Assembly: GCA_963767165.1 (NCBI GenBank)
Contig: CAVYCV010000005.1
Coordinates: 111,178 to 175,177 of the forward strand
Source of the DNA: an uncultured Chloroflexia bacterium
GTDB taxonomy: Bacteria; Chloroflexota; Limnocylindria; Limnocylindrales; CSP1-4
Direction: 5' to 3'
DNA: 64,000 bases
Both the position numbers and the translations under genes were made by a program. Below, piece by piece: positions 28,551 to 36,711 of the stretch. The stretch's first letter is position 1. Every line of letters begins with the position of its first letter. Under the pieces are notes generated by a model. The model saw only the letters and a program-made list of their open reading frames with translations, did not search any database and was not told where the DNA came from.

Positions 28551-29399
28551 GTGCGTCGCCCGATCTCCTTCCTTATCGCGACATTGTTCGCGCTCAGCCT
28601 GGTGGCTGGAGCCCACGTCGGAGTCGCGACGGTTTCCGCGGCCACGATCGCCCCCACCACCACCTGCAGCAACGGCGTCGACGAGACGCCCGGCCTTGGA
28701 CTCATCTGTCGCGTCACGATCATCAACACGTTCACCAGGAGCGGCAACCGCGCCCGGGTGACCGTCCGTGAGTGTCACGGCGCAGCGAACGCCGAGACAG
28801 CCTCCTGCACCACCGACGTCCAGACGCTGAACAGGGCAGTCACCCGAGTCACACAATGCAACGGGTCCACCAATGGTGGCGGCGGGACCCTCCATTGCAG
28901 CGTCGTCGTCACGAATCGCTTCATCGGGATCCGGATCAACAGGTCGAACGTCACGGTCAACCAGTGCGTCGGTTCCGGTGGAGGCATCACCGTAGGCTGC
29001 GATCCGTTCCCAGCGAACACCACGGGCGCCGCCATCACCCAGTGCAACGGCTCCGCCAACGGCGGGACCCTGGTCGGCCTGACCTGCACGGCGACCGGGA
29101 CCACTGCGGCGGGCCACCCCATCACGATCAATCAGTGCAATGGCTCGACCAACGGTGGCGGCGCGCTCGTCATCTGCTCGGTCGTGTTGAGTAACACGTT
29201 CACGGCGACCGGTGGACCGACCACGGGCGGCGGATCGTCCACCGCACCGCCCACGGACACGATCGACGCGAGCGGCACCACGTCTCCTGCGGCGAATGCG
29301 GTGGCCCTGCTCGGACTGCTGCTTGTGTTCGCCCTGACCTTCGTCGCGGCAGCCTCCAGGCGCGTCTCGCGGCGCGAGGCCGGAGACTCCCAGACCTAG
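28551..29399 (+). CDS. Secreted, C-terminally anchored protein with six Cys-bracketed 'QCNGS' repeats
   Basis: ORF 28518..29399, with GTG at 28551 after AGGTG. Signal peptide VRRPISFLIATLFALSLVAGAHVGVATVSAA. Repeats include QCNGSTNGGGGTLHCSVVVTNRF, QCNGSANGGTLVGLTCTATG, QCNGSTNGGGALVICSVVLSNTF, ECHGAANAETASCTTD and QCVGSGGGITVGCDPF. Gly/Thr/Pro spacer, then TM ALLGLLLVFALTFVAAASRR. Confidence 0.7.
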   Translation: MRRPISFLIATLFALSLVAGAHVGVATVSAATIAPTTTCSNGVDETPGLGLICRVTIINTFTRSGNRARVTVRECHGAANAETASCTTDVQTLNRAVTRVTQCNGSTNGGGGTLHCSVVVTNRFIGIRINRSNVTVNQCVGSGGGITVGCDPFPANTTGAAITQCNGSANGGTLVGLTCTATGTTAAGHPITINQCNGSTNGGGALVICSVVLSNTFTATGGPTTGGGSSTAPPTDTIDASGTTSPAANAVALLGLLLVFALTFVAAASRRVSRREAGDSQT

Positions 29400-29444
29400 C
29401 ACGACCGCTCAACCATCCATTCGTGCCGTCACGGACGGTGGACG

Positions 29445-29476
29445 CGGACCCTGTCGACAGACGGGGTCCGTTTCCT
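29445..29476 (+). terminator. Rho-independent-type terminator after the Cys-repeat gene
   Basis: CGGACCC (29445-29451) pairs with GGGTCCG (29464-29470), followed by TTTCCTGTTGTG, 46 nt after the stop. Confidence 0.5.
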
Positions 29477-29506
29477 GTTGTGCGCCTCCTGGCGCAGACT
29501 CGGCCG

Positions 29507-30020
29507 ATGATCCGGCGTCTCGTCGCCCTGGTCGCACTCGCCGCCGTGCTCGCCGCCTGCCGGATCGTCACGCCAGAGCCGGTGGATGCACCCCGAATAT
29601 TCCTGCGGCGGCGTCCCGGCTGGGGCTTGTTGGGAGCAGGCCGACGGCCTGACGCCTGTCGACCGACCGGTTCGGTCGATCGAACTCGTCTGCCCTGGCA
29701 AGAACTGCACGCGAGCGGGCGGCGCAGGCACGGCGACGATCACGTTCGTCGACGGCGCCACGGTCCGCCGCGATTGGTCGTACGTCGGCGACACGAACCC
29801 CGCCCCGGTACCGACGTGCCTCGGGGTTGCCCGGGAGATCTGCCTCGAGCGCATCGCGGATGTGATCGACGATGTCTCACCGTCCCATCACCTGACGGCC
29901 GTCACCGTTACCTGCAAGCAACGCTGCGACGCAACCGTCGGCGAGGTGGCGATCGTCTTCACCTCCGAGGGTGGCCTCGAAGACACGATCACGAGAAGCT
30001 GGGGCCCGGCGCAGCCCTGA
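29507..30020 (+). CDS. Lipoprotein with duplicated 4-Cys module (paralog A), frameshifted in this sequence
   Basis: MIRRLVALVALAAVLAACRIVTPEPVDAP (lipobox LAAC) in the frame of ORF 29423. It continues as EYSCGGVPAGACWEQ...ELVCPGKNCTRAGG...PTCLGVAREICLERI...VTVTCKQRCDATVGE in ORF 29586..30020. Extra C in the CCCC run at 29591-29594. Length 514 = 3n+1. Confidence 0.65.
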
Positions 30021-30030
30021 GCGACCCGCG

Positions 30031-32028
30031 CTAGCGGCCGGCGCCGGTCGTCGAGCTCGTCGGGGTGGCGCCGAGGACCGTCAGCGTCTCGCGGACCTGC
30101 GCGGCCAGGCCGGCCGCGTCCAGGCGCAGGACGCGTCGCAGGTCCCCGACCGAGCCGTGGTCGACGAAGCGCTCGCCCGGGATGCCGATCACCTGGACCG
30201 CCACGTTTCGAAGTGCCGGGTCGGTCAGTCGCGACTCCTCGACGATCTCGAGCACCCCGCTGCCGAAGCCACCACTCGTGACGCTCTCCTCGACCGTGAC
30301 GACGAGCCGCTTGCCGCGCGCCTGGTCGAGGATCAGCTGCCCGTCGAGCGGCTTGGCGAACCGGGCGTTGATGACCCCGATGGACCAGCCATCGGCCGCG
30401 AGCGCGTCGGCCGCCTCCAACGCGCGCGCCACGATGGGCCCGAACCCGACGAACAGGAGGTCGCGGCCCTCACGCAGCACCTCGCCACGGCCGATCGGCA
30501 GGACCTCGGGCTCCACGGCCGGCAGCCCGAACCCCGGATCGCGCGGATAGTGCAGCGCGAAGGGGCCTTCGTGGGCGAGCCCGGTCCGCACGAGCGAGCG
30601 CAGCTCCTGCTCGTCGCGGGGCGAGGCGATGACGAGGTTCGGGAGCTGGCGCTGGGCTGACAGCGTGAACATGCCCTGGTGGCTCGTGCCGTCCTCGCCG
30701 ACGAGCCCGGCCCGGTCCACGGCGATCAGCACCGGTTGGTCGTTCTGGCAGATGTCATGGACCGTCTGGTCGAAGGCCCGTTGCAGGAAGGTCGAGTACA
30801 CGGCCACCACCGGTCGCAGGCCGCCCATCGCGAGTCCGGTCGCGAACGTCAGCGCGTGCTGCTCGGCGATGCCGACATCGAAGAACCGATCGGGGAACTC
30901 GGCCTGGAACTTGGACAGCCCCGTCCCGGTCGGCATGCCGGCGGTGATCCCGACGATGCGCCGATCGGTCCGGGCGCACTCGATCAGCTCGGCCGCGAAG
31001 ACCGCGGTGTAATTCGGTTGCTTCTTGGGCGCCTCGAGAGCCCTGGTCGGTGGCGCCGCGTCGTCGGCCATCGACTCGGTCGGCATCGCACTGCCGTTGA
31101 GCCCGTTCTGGGGCGGCTCCATCGGCGGCAATGCGGCCCCGTGGAAGCCGATCTGGTCTGCCTCGGCAGGCCGGTAGCCCCGGCCCTTCTGGGTCCGGAC
31201 GTGCACGATCGTCGGGCCGGGCAGGGACAGTGCCGCGCCCAGGGTGCCAAGCAACTCGTGCAGGTCGTGTCCGGGCACCACCCCGATGTAGGTGATGCCG
31301 AGGTCCTCGAACAGCTGACCCGGCTGCGCGAACTTGACGACCGACTGGCGCAGCCGCCTCGACAGCTCGAGGACCGTCGGCCCGACCACGGGGATCCTCT
31401 CGACGGTCCGATCGTAGGCGCTCTTGCCCTGGCGCCACGTCCGCGAGAGCTTGATCTGGCTCAGGTATTTCGAGAACGCGCCGACCGTCGGGCTGATCGA
31501 CATCTCGTTGTCGTTGACGACGATGAGCATCTGGGTCTTGCGCTGGCCGATGTCGTTGAGCGCCTCGAGCGACAGGCCGCTCATCAGGGCCGCATCGCCC
31601 ACGACGACCGCGATGCGCTCGAGGCCGTGGCGCACGTCGCGCGCCTCGGCCAGGCCCTCGGCGATCGAGAGGCCCGTGCCGGCATGGCCGCCGTCGAAGA
31701 CGTCGTGGGGCGATTCCGAGCGCCGCGGGAAGCCGCCGACGCCGTCGAGCTGGCGCAGGGTCCCGAACCGCTCGAGACGCCCGGTCAGGAGCTTGTGCGG
31801 GTAGGCCTGGTGGCCGGTGTCCCAGACGATCCGGTCACGCGGCAATTCGAGCAGCCGGTGCAGGGCGATCGTCAGCTCCACGACGCCGAGCGACGAGCCG
31901 AGATGGCCGCCCGTGACCGACACGGTCGCGATGATCGTCTCGCGGATCTCGAGCGCGAGCTGGGCGAGCTGGACCTCGGTCAGGCCGCGAAGATCGGCAG
32001 GCCCCTCGAGGTTCGGCAGGATCGGCAC
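30031..32028 (-). CDS. dxs: 1-deoxy-D-xylulose-5-phosphate synthase
   Basis: ORF 30031..32091 trimmed to GTG 32028 (AAGGAG 9 nt upstream): GGHLGSSLGVVELTIALH...VVGDAALMSGLSLEALN... Confidence 0.9.
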   Translation of the reverse strand: MPILPNLEGPADLRGLTEVQLAQLALEIRETIIATVSVTGGHLGSSLGVVELTIALHRLLELPRDRIVWDTGHQAYPHKLLTGRLERFGTLRQLDGVGGFPRRSESPHDVFDGGHAGTGLSIAEGLAEARDVRHGLERIAVVVGDAALMSGLSLEALNDIGQRKTQMLIVVNDNEMSISPTVGAFSKYLSQIKLSRTWRQGKSAYDRTVERIPVVGPTVLELSRRLRQSVVKFAQPGQLFEDLGITYIGVVPGHDLHELLGTLGAALSLPGPTIVHVRTQKGRGYRPAEADQIGFHGAALPPMEPPQNGLNGSAMPTESMADDAAPPTRALEAPKKQPNYTAVFAAELIECARTDRRIVGITAGMPTGTGLSKFQAEFPDRFFDVGIAEQHALTFATGLAMGGLRPVVAVYSTFLQRAFDQTVHDICQNDQPVLIAVDRAGLVGEDGTSHQGMFTLSAQRQLPNLVIASPRDEQELRSLVRTGLAHEGPFALHYPRDPGFGLPAVEPEVLPIGRGEVLREGRDLLFVGFGPIVARALEAADALAADGWSIGVINARFAKPLDGQLILDQARGKRLVVTVEESVTSGGFGSGVLEIVEESRLTDPALRNVAVQVIGIPGERFVDHGSVGDLRRVLRLDAAGLAAQVRETLTVLGATPTSSTTGAGR

Positions 32029-32159
32029 GTGGGAGGACTCCTTCGGTCGAGCGCCGGCGGACGCCGCGGAGAGTGTAAACCTGTTCCTCACAGGTCGCTT
32101 GTTTTAGCGGTCCCTGTGGGCGCTCGGACGGACGCGCGGGACCCGGGTCTCGTGACGGA

Positions 32160-32441
32160 TCAGGCGTCCTCGGTGGCCTCGTCCGGCTTGACGTCGCGCA
32201 GCTCCGAGCCGCCGCCGGCTCGCTGCACGAGTTGCTGGAGTCGCAGCTGGGCGTCGTTGAGGAGGCGGTCGCAGCGCTCGATCAGGGCCGTCCCCCGCTC
32301 GTGGAGCGCGAGCGCCCGCTCCAATGGCTGGCCGCCCGCCTCGAGCTCCGCCACCGTCCGTTGCAGCTCGGCGAGGGCGTCGTCGAAGGCGAGGTCCTCG
32401 ACGCGCGGCTCGGCGGTGTCAGTCACGGGGTTCCTCATCAT
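32160..32441 (-). CDS. xseB: Exodeoxyribonuclease VII small subunit
   Basis: LAFDDALAELQRTVAELEAGGQPLERALALHERGTALIERCDRLL. The start is uncertain: ATG at 32441 or 32438, or GTG at 32426 after GAGGAA. Confidence 0.85.
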   Translation of the reverse strand: MMRNPVTDTAEPRVEDLAFDDALAELQRTVAELEAGGQPLERALALHERGTALIERCDRLLNDAQLRLQQLVQRAGGGSELRDVKPDEATEDA

Positions 32442-32544
32442 CGGGCGTGGTCAGGCGGTCGATCCGTGGCGCCAGCAGCATACCAACGCCGATCCCGACG
32501 ACCGCGATGACGACCACGAGGACCGCGAACACGACGTACTCCAT
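32419..32544 (-). CDS. 41-aa single-TM mini-protein between xseA and xseB
   Basis: MEYVVFAVLVVVIAVVGIGVGMLLAPRIDRLTTPDDEEPRD. The ATG lies 10 nt after the xseA stop and is preceded by GGGGA. Its 3' end overlaps the xseB start region. Confidence 0.35.
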   Translation of the reverse strand: MEYVVFAVLVVVIAVVGIGVGMLLAPRIDRLTTPDDEEPRD

Positions 32545-32554
32545 CGGCGGTCCC

Positions 32555-33919
32555 CTACCCGTCCGCCGGGCGGTCGACGGACGCGGCGATCGAGCCGTCC
32601 GCGACCCGGATGTCGAGGGCGGTCGTCGGGGGCGCGTCGGTCGGCCCGCGCACGACCGACCCGTCGGCCCGGCGGCGCACGATGGCATAGCCGCGGTCCA
32701 GCGTCGCCTGCGGGCCGAGCACAGCCAGCGCGGCGGCCGAGGCATCGAGGCTCGATCGGGCCCCGGCGATCCGCGCCGCGGTCAAACGGGGCAGCGTCGC
32801 GGCAGCCCGGTCGAGGCGCGCGCGGTCGTGGCCAAGGCGCGCTGCGAGGGCGCGCGTCGCTCGGTCGAAGAGGAGCCCGACCTGTTCACGGGAGGCGACC
32901 AGCCGCGCCGCCGGGCTGACCACGTCGAGGGCGCGCCGCTCGACGGCGAGCTCGTTCCGGGCGACCGCCAGGCGTGTCGCTGAGACCGACGCCAGGCGGG
33001 TGCCGGCTCGACGGAGCGCCGCCGACATCTCGGCTCGGTCGGGCACGACGATCTCCGCGGCCGCGGACGGGGTGGGCGCGCGGACATCGGCCGCGAAGTC
33101 GGCGAGTGTCACGTCCACCTCGTGCCCCACCCCGCAGACGACCGGGATCGGATGCGCCACGACGGCCCGAACGACCCGCTCGTCGTTGAACGACCAGAGG
33201 TCCTCGAGCGAGCCGCCGCCACGGGCGAGGATCGTGACCTGCGGCGCCTCGGCGGCCCGGCCATCCCGCGCAAGCGCCTCGCGGTGCCGTTCGAGACGAT
33301 GGAACGCTGACACGATGCTCGCGGGGGCGTCGGCGCCCTGGACCTTGGTGGCCACGAGCACGACCCGCGCGAGCGGCCAGCGCCGGCCCAGCACGGTCGC
33401 AATGTCCTTCCAGACCGCCCCGGTGGGGCTCGTGATGACCGCGATGACACCGGGACGCGCCGGCAGCTTGCGCTTGCGCTCGGATTCGAAGAGGCCCTCG
33501 GCCGCGAGGCGGGCCTTGAGCTCCTCGAACCGGAGGGCGAGGTCACCGAAACCGGCCGGCTGGAGGGACTCCACGTACAGCTGCAGCGCGCCTTGCGGCT
33601 CGAAGAGGTCGATCCGGCCGTGGACGACGACACGCAACCCGACCTGGGCCTCGAACGCCGAGCGCAGTCGTTCGTCGCGGAACCAGACGCACTGGAGCTG
33701 GCTGCGCTCGTCCTTGAGCGCGAAGTAGGCGTGCCCCGCCGATGAGACGGTGACGCGGCCGATCTCGCCCTCCACCCACAGGTCGGTCAGCCGCGGATCC
33801 GCGCGTACGGCGGCCTTGACCGCCTTGGCGACCTCGCTGACGCCGAGGATCCGGACGCCGAACGTGCCCGGCGCGAGCGGGCTGACGGCCGGGAGCGGTC
33901 GTGCCTCGCGGTCGTCCAC
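32555..33919 (-). CDS. xseA: Exodeoxyribonuclease VII large subunit
   Basis: Intact 454-aa ORF with WVEGEIGRVTVSSAGHAYFALKD, ITSPTGAVWKDI, RGGGSLEDLWSFNDE and PVVCGVGHEVDVTLADF. Confidence 0.9.
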   Translation of the reverse strand: MDDREARPLPAVSPLAPGTFGVRILGVSEVAKAVKAAVRADPRLTDLWVEGEIGRVTVSSAGHAYFALKDERSQLQCVWFRDERLRSAFEAQVGLRVVVHGRIDLFEPQGALQLYVESLQPAGFGDLALRFEELKARLAAEGLFESERKRKLPARPGVIAVITSPTGAVWKDIATVLGRRWPLARVVLVATKVQGADAPASIVSAFHRLERHREALARDGRAAEAPQVTILARGGGSLEDLWSFNDERVVRAVVAHPIPVVCGVGHEVDVTLADFAADVRAPTPSAAAEIVVPDRAEMSAALRRAGTRLASVSATRLAVARNELAVERRALDVVSPAARLVASREQVGLLFDRATRALAARLGHDRARLDRAAATLPRLTAARIAGARSSLDASAAALAVLGPQATLDRGYAIVRRRADGSVVRGPTDAPPTTALDIRVADGSIAASVDRPADG

Positions 33920-33933
33920 CGGGCTTCGGTCCG

Positions 33934-34491
33934 TCAGACCCGGGTCTGGTACTCGCCGGTGCGCGTGTCGACGCGGATCGTGTCGCCGGTCTCCACGAAG
34001 ATCGGCACGACCACGACAAGGCCCGTCTCGGTCGTCGCGTTCTTGCGGGCGCCCGTCTGCGTGTCGCCCGCGAAACCGGGCTCGGTCTCGGCGACCCGCA
34101 GGTCGACGGTCACCGGCAGTTCGACGCCGATGGTCTCGCCCTGGTAGCTGGTCCGATCGAGCGTCATCCCGTCCTTGAGGTACTGGGCGGTCTCACCGAG
34201 CTGCTCGGTGGTCAGGACGAACTGGTCGTACGTGTCGGTGTCCATGAAGTGGTGGTCGTCGCCGTCGCGATAGAGGAACTGGACGGGGCGCTTCTCCATC
34301 GAGGCGCGCGGCCAGCGCGTGCCGGCCTGGAACGAGCGCTCCACGGTCTGGCCGCGCTTGATGTTGCGAAGGGTGATTCGCACCTGTGCCGAGCCGCGGC
34401 CCATCTTGATGTGGTGGTAGTCGAGGATCTGCCAGAGCTCGCCGTCGAGCTCGATGGCGACGCCCTTCTTGAGTTCGCCGGTGCTGATCAT
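33934..34491 (-). CDS. efp: Elongation factor P (Arg at loop tip)
   Basis: ORF 33934..34635 trimmed to MISTGELKKGVAIELDGELWQILDYHHIKMGRGSAQVRITLRNI...GDTIRVDTRTGEYQTRV. Confidence 0.9.
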   Translation of the reverse strand: MISTGELKKGVAIELDGELWQILDYHHIKMGRGSAQVRITLRNIKRGQTVERSFQAGTRWPRASMEKRPVQFLYRDGDDHHFMDTDTYDQFVLTTEQLGETAQYLKDGMTLDRTSYQGETIGVELPVTVDLRVAETEPGFAGDTQTGARKNATTETGLVVVVPIFVETGDTIRVDTRTGEYQTRV

Positions 34492-34594
34492 GTCGGTGGG
34501 GGCTCCTGGAAGGCGGACGCCGGGCATGGCGACGCCGGTCGTTCGGTCGGGGTGATTCGCCTGCGATCGTACCAGACTGCCCCGGCAGATCCGC

Positions 34595-35180
34595 TCAGCC
34601 GCCGCCGTTCTCGTACCCCGTGCTGGAGATGGCATACGTCCCGTCGACGTAATCGACCCGTGCCTCCCCCTCCCCCTTGAGCGGCGTGCAGACCCCCGTG
34701 CAACGGACCGTGATCCTCACGATCTCTGGTCGCACGGCGCCGGGCGGGCCGCTCCGGGAGGCCGATGTCGCCATGTCCGTGCACATGTCGAGCGGCACGC
34801 CGACGCAGATCGGGACGACGGTGAGCACCGGTGGCCCGCCCGGCACCGGCGGCGGGCTCGGCACCTCCGTAGCCGTAGGCGGACGACAGGCGCAGGCCGG
34901 TGGCAAGCAGCACGCTCAGCGCGACCATGCCCTGGTCGGGCGTGCACGCGGCGATGCTGCAGGCGACCCGCACCTGGACGACGGGCCCATCGAAGGGCGC
35001 ACCGAGCGTCGCGAGCGACGTGACCGCCTCGTCGCACTGCGCCTGCGGCACCTCGACGCACGTGACGTTCGGCTGCCCGGCCGCTGGCGCTGTCGGCGAT
35101 GCGCTCGGCTCGGGTCCGCCACACGCCCCGACGAGGATCGCGGTGGCTAGCACTGCCCAGCGGAGCGCCGGCCGAAGCAT
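34595..35180 (-). CDS. Lipoprotein with duplicated 4-Cys module (paralog B), frameshifted in this sequence
   Basis: MLRPALRWAVLATAILVGACGG...VTCVEVPQAQCDEAV...VRVACSIAACTPDQG...AYGYGG in the frame of ORF 34488..35315. It continues as VPSPPPVPGGPPVLTVVPICVGVPLDMCTDMA...ITVRCTGVCTPLKGEGEARVDYVDG in ORF 34595..34906. Slip at about 34860-34868. Length 586 = 3n+1. Confidence 0.6.
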
Positions 35181-35182
35181 GG

Positions 35183-35410
35183 TCAGTCGCCGTCTTCGAT
35201 CGCGCGCATCCGGACCAGGTACTCCGCGGGGTCGATCTCGCCCCGCGCGAGACGGGCTTTGAGCTCGGCGACCGCGGGATCCTCGCGTGGTGGGACGCTG
35301 CGCCGGATCGCCCACACGATCACGCCGATGACGAGGACGGTGGTCAGGAGCGGCACTGCGAATGCGAAGAGCATCGTCGGTCCGAGGAACCCGAAGAGAT
35401 CGATCGACAT
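35183..35410 (-). CDS. SHOCT-domain small membrane protein (75 aa)
   Basis: C-terminal part of ORF 35183..36646: MSIDLFGFLGPTMLFAFAVPLLTTVLVIGVIVWAIRRS...AELKARLARGEIDPAEYLVRMRAIEDGD. Confidence 0.6.
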   Translation of the reverse strand: MSIDLFGFLGPTMLFAFAVPLLTTVLVIGVIVWAIRRSVPPREDPAVAELKARLARGEIDPAEYLVRMRAIEDGD

Positions 35411-35460
35411 GGCGGCGCCAGCGTAGCGGCGGCCCCCGCCGATGTCAGCCCCCCGGTCGG

Positions 35461-36711
35461 CTAGCCCGACGTCAGCCCCCCGACGACGAGCACCTCGCGC
35501 GGGAACTGCGTCAGGCGGGTCACGCGGCCGGCCGCCGCGTCGAGCGCGATCAGGTCCTCGATGCGCACGCCTGTCTCGCCTTCGAGATACACGCCGGGTT
35601 CGACCGAGAACACCGTCGGGCTCGGCAGGGGCGTGTCGGCGGCGGCGGTCCCGAGGCTCGGCGCCTCGTGCGTGGCCAGGCCGATCCCGTGCCCGGTCCC
35701 GTGGCCGAAGTGCGATCCGTGACCGCCGGCCGCGATGAGGGCACGGGCGACCGCGTCGACCGCGCGACCACTCGGGAGTGCCACCCGACCGTCCCGGCCC
35801 GCCCCGCCGGCCACGGCTGTCTCGAGCGCCGCGATCGCCGCCGCCTGGGCCCGCGCGACGAGCTCGTAGATCGCGAGGTCGCGGGCCGTGGGCTCGCCGA
35901 CGAAGAGCGTTCGCGTCATGTCGCTGCGGTAGCCCTCGACCTGGGCGCCGAAATCGAACAGCAGGACCGCGCCGGCGAGCACCGGCCGGTCGCCCGGAGC
36001 GCCGTGTGGCAGGGCCGCCTCGGGCCCGGACAGGCATGCGACGTCGAAGGCGAGCGCCTCGGCGCCGCCGGTCCGGATGAGCCATTCCAGCCGGAGCGCC
36101 AGCGCGGCCTCGGTCAGGCCGGCCCGGATCTCGGGGAGCAGGGTCGCGAGCGCCCGGTCGGCGACGGCGCAGGCGGCCTCGACGCGAGCGAGCTCGGCTG
36201 GCTCCTTGGTGGCGCGGTCTGCCTCGACCCAGCCTTCGACTGGCACGAGCTCCACGTCCGGCGCAGCCTCCGCGAGTCGACCCCATGCCGCGTGCGGGAT
36301 CGCGCCGGCCTCCATCGCGATCCGCCTCGCGCCGACCGAGCCGGCCAGCTCCGGCCAGCGCGCCGGCAGGTTGCGATCGACGTAGACCACGCGGGCGTCC
36401 GGTGCCTGGCGGCCGGCCTGGATCGTGTACCGCGAATCCGCGAGCACAACAACGTCGTCCCCACTGACGAGGAACTGGCCGGACGTGCCGGACACCTTCT
36501 CCTCGCCGTCGCCCAGGGCAAACCCGGTCAGGTAGCGCATGTGTTCGGAGCGAACCCCGAAGTAGGCGTCGACGCCAGCATCCGCGAACCGCGCCCGCAG
36601 CCGTTCGAGGCGCACGGGCCGGGCGGCACGGTCGGACTCGAGCCACGCCGCCCGCTGGCGGTCCGTGGGCGCTGGGGCGAAGTCAGCCGGCTCGGGGAGC
36701 CGACCGCTCAT
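35461..36711 (-). CDS. Xaa-Pro aminopeptidase/dipeptidase (M24B)
   Basis: C-terminal 416 aa of ORF 35461..37368: LLFDFGAQVEGYRSDMTRT...HGTGHGIGLATHEAP...VFSVEPGVYLEGETGVRIEDL. ATGA overlap with the mltG stop. Confidence 0.85.
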   Translation of the reverse strand: MSGRLPEPADFAPAPTDRQRAAWLESDRAARPVRLERLRARFADAGVDAYFGVRSEHMRYLTGFALGDGEEKVSGTSGQFLVSGDDVVVLADSRYTIQAGRQAPDARVVYVDRNLPARWPELAGSVGARRIAMEAGAIPHAAWGRLAEAAPDVELVPVEGWVEADRATKEPAELARVEAACAVADRALATLLPEIRAGLTEAALALRLEWLIRTGGAEALAFDVACLSGPEAALPHGAPGDRPVLAGAVLLFDFGAQVEGYRSDMTRTLFVGEPTARDLAIYELVARAQAAAIAALETAVAGGAGRDGRVALPSGRAVDAVARALIAAGGHGSHFGHGTGHGIGLATHEAPSLGTAAADTPLPSPTVFSVEPGVYLEGETGVRIEDLIALDAAAGRVTRLTQFPREVLVVGGLTSG

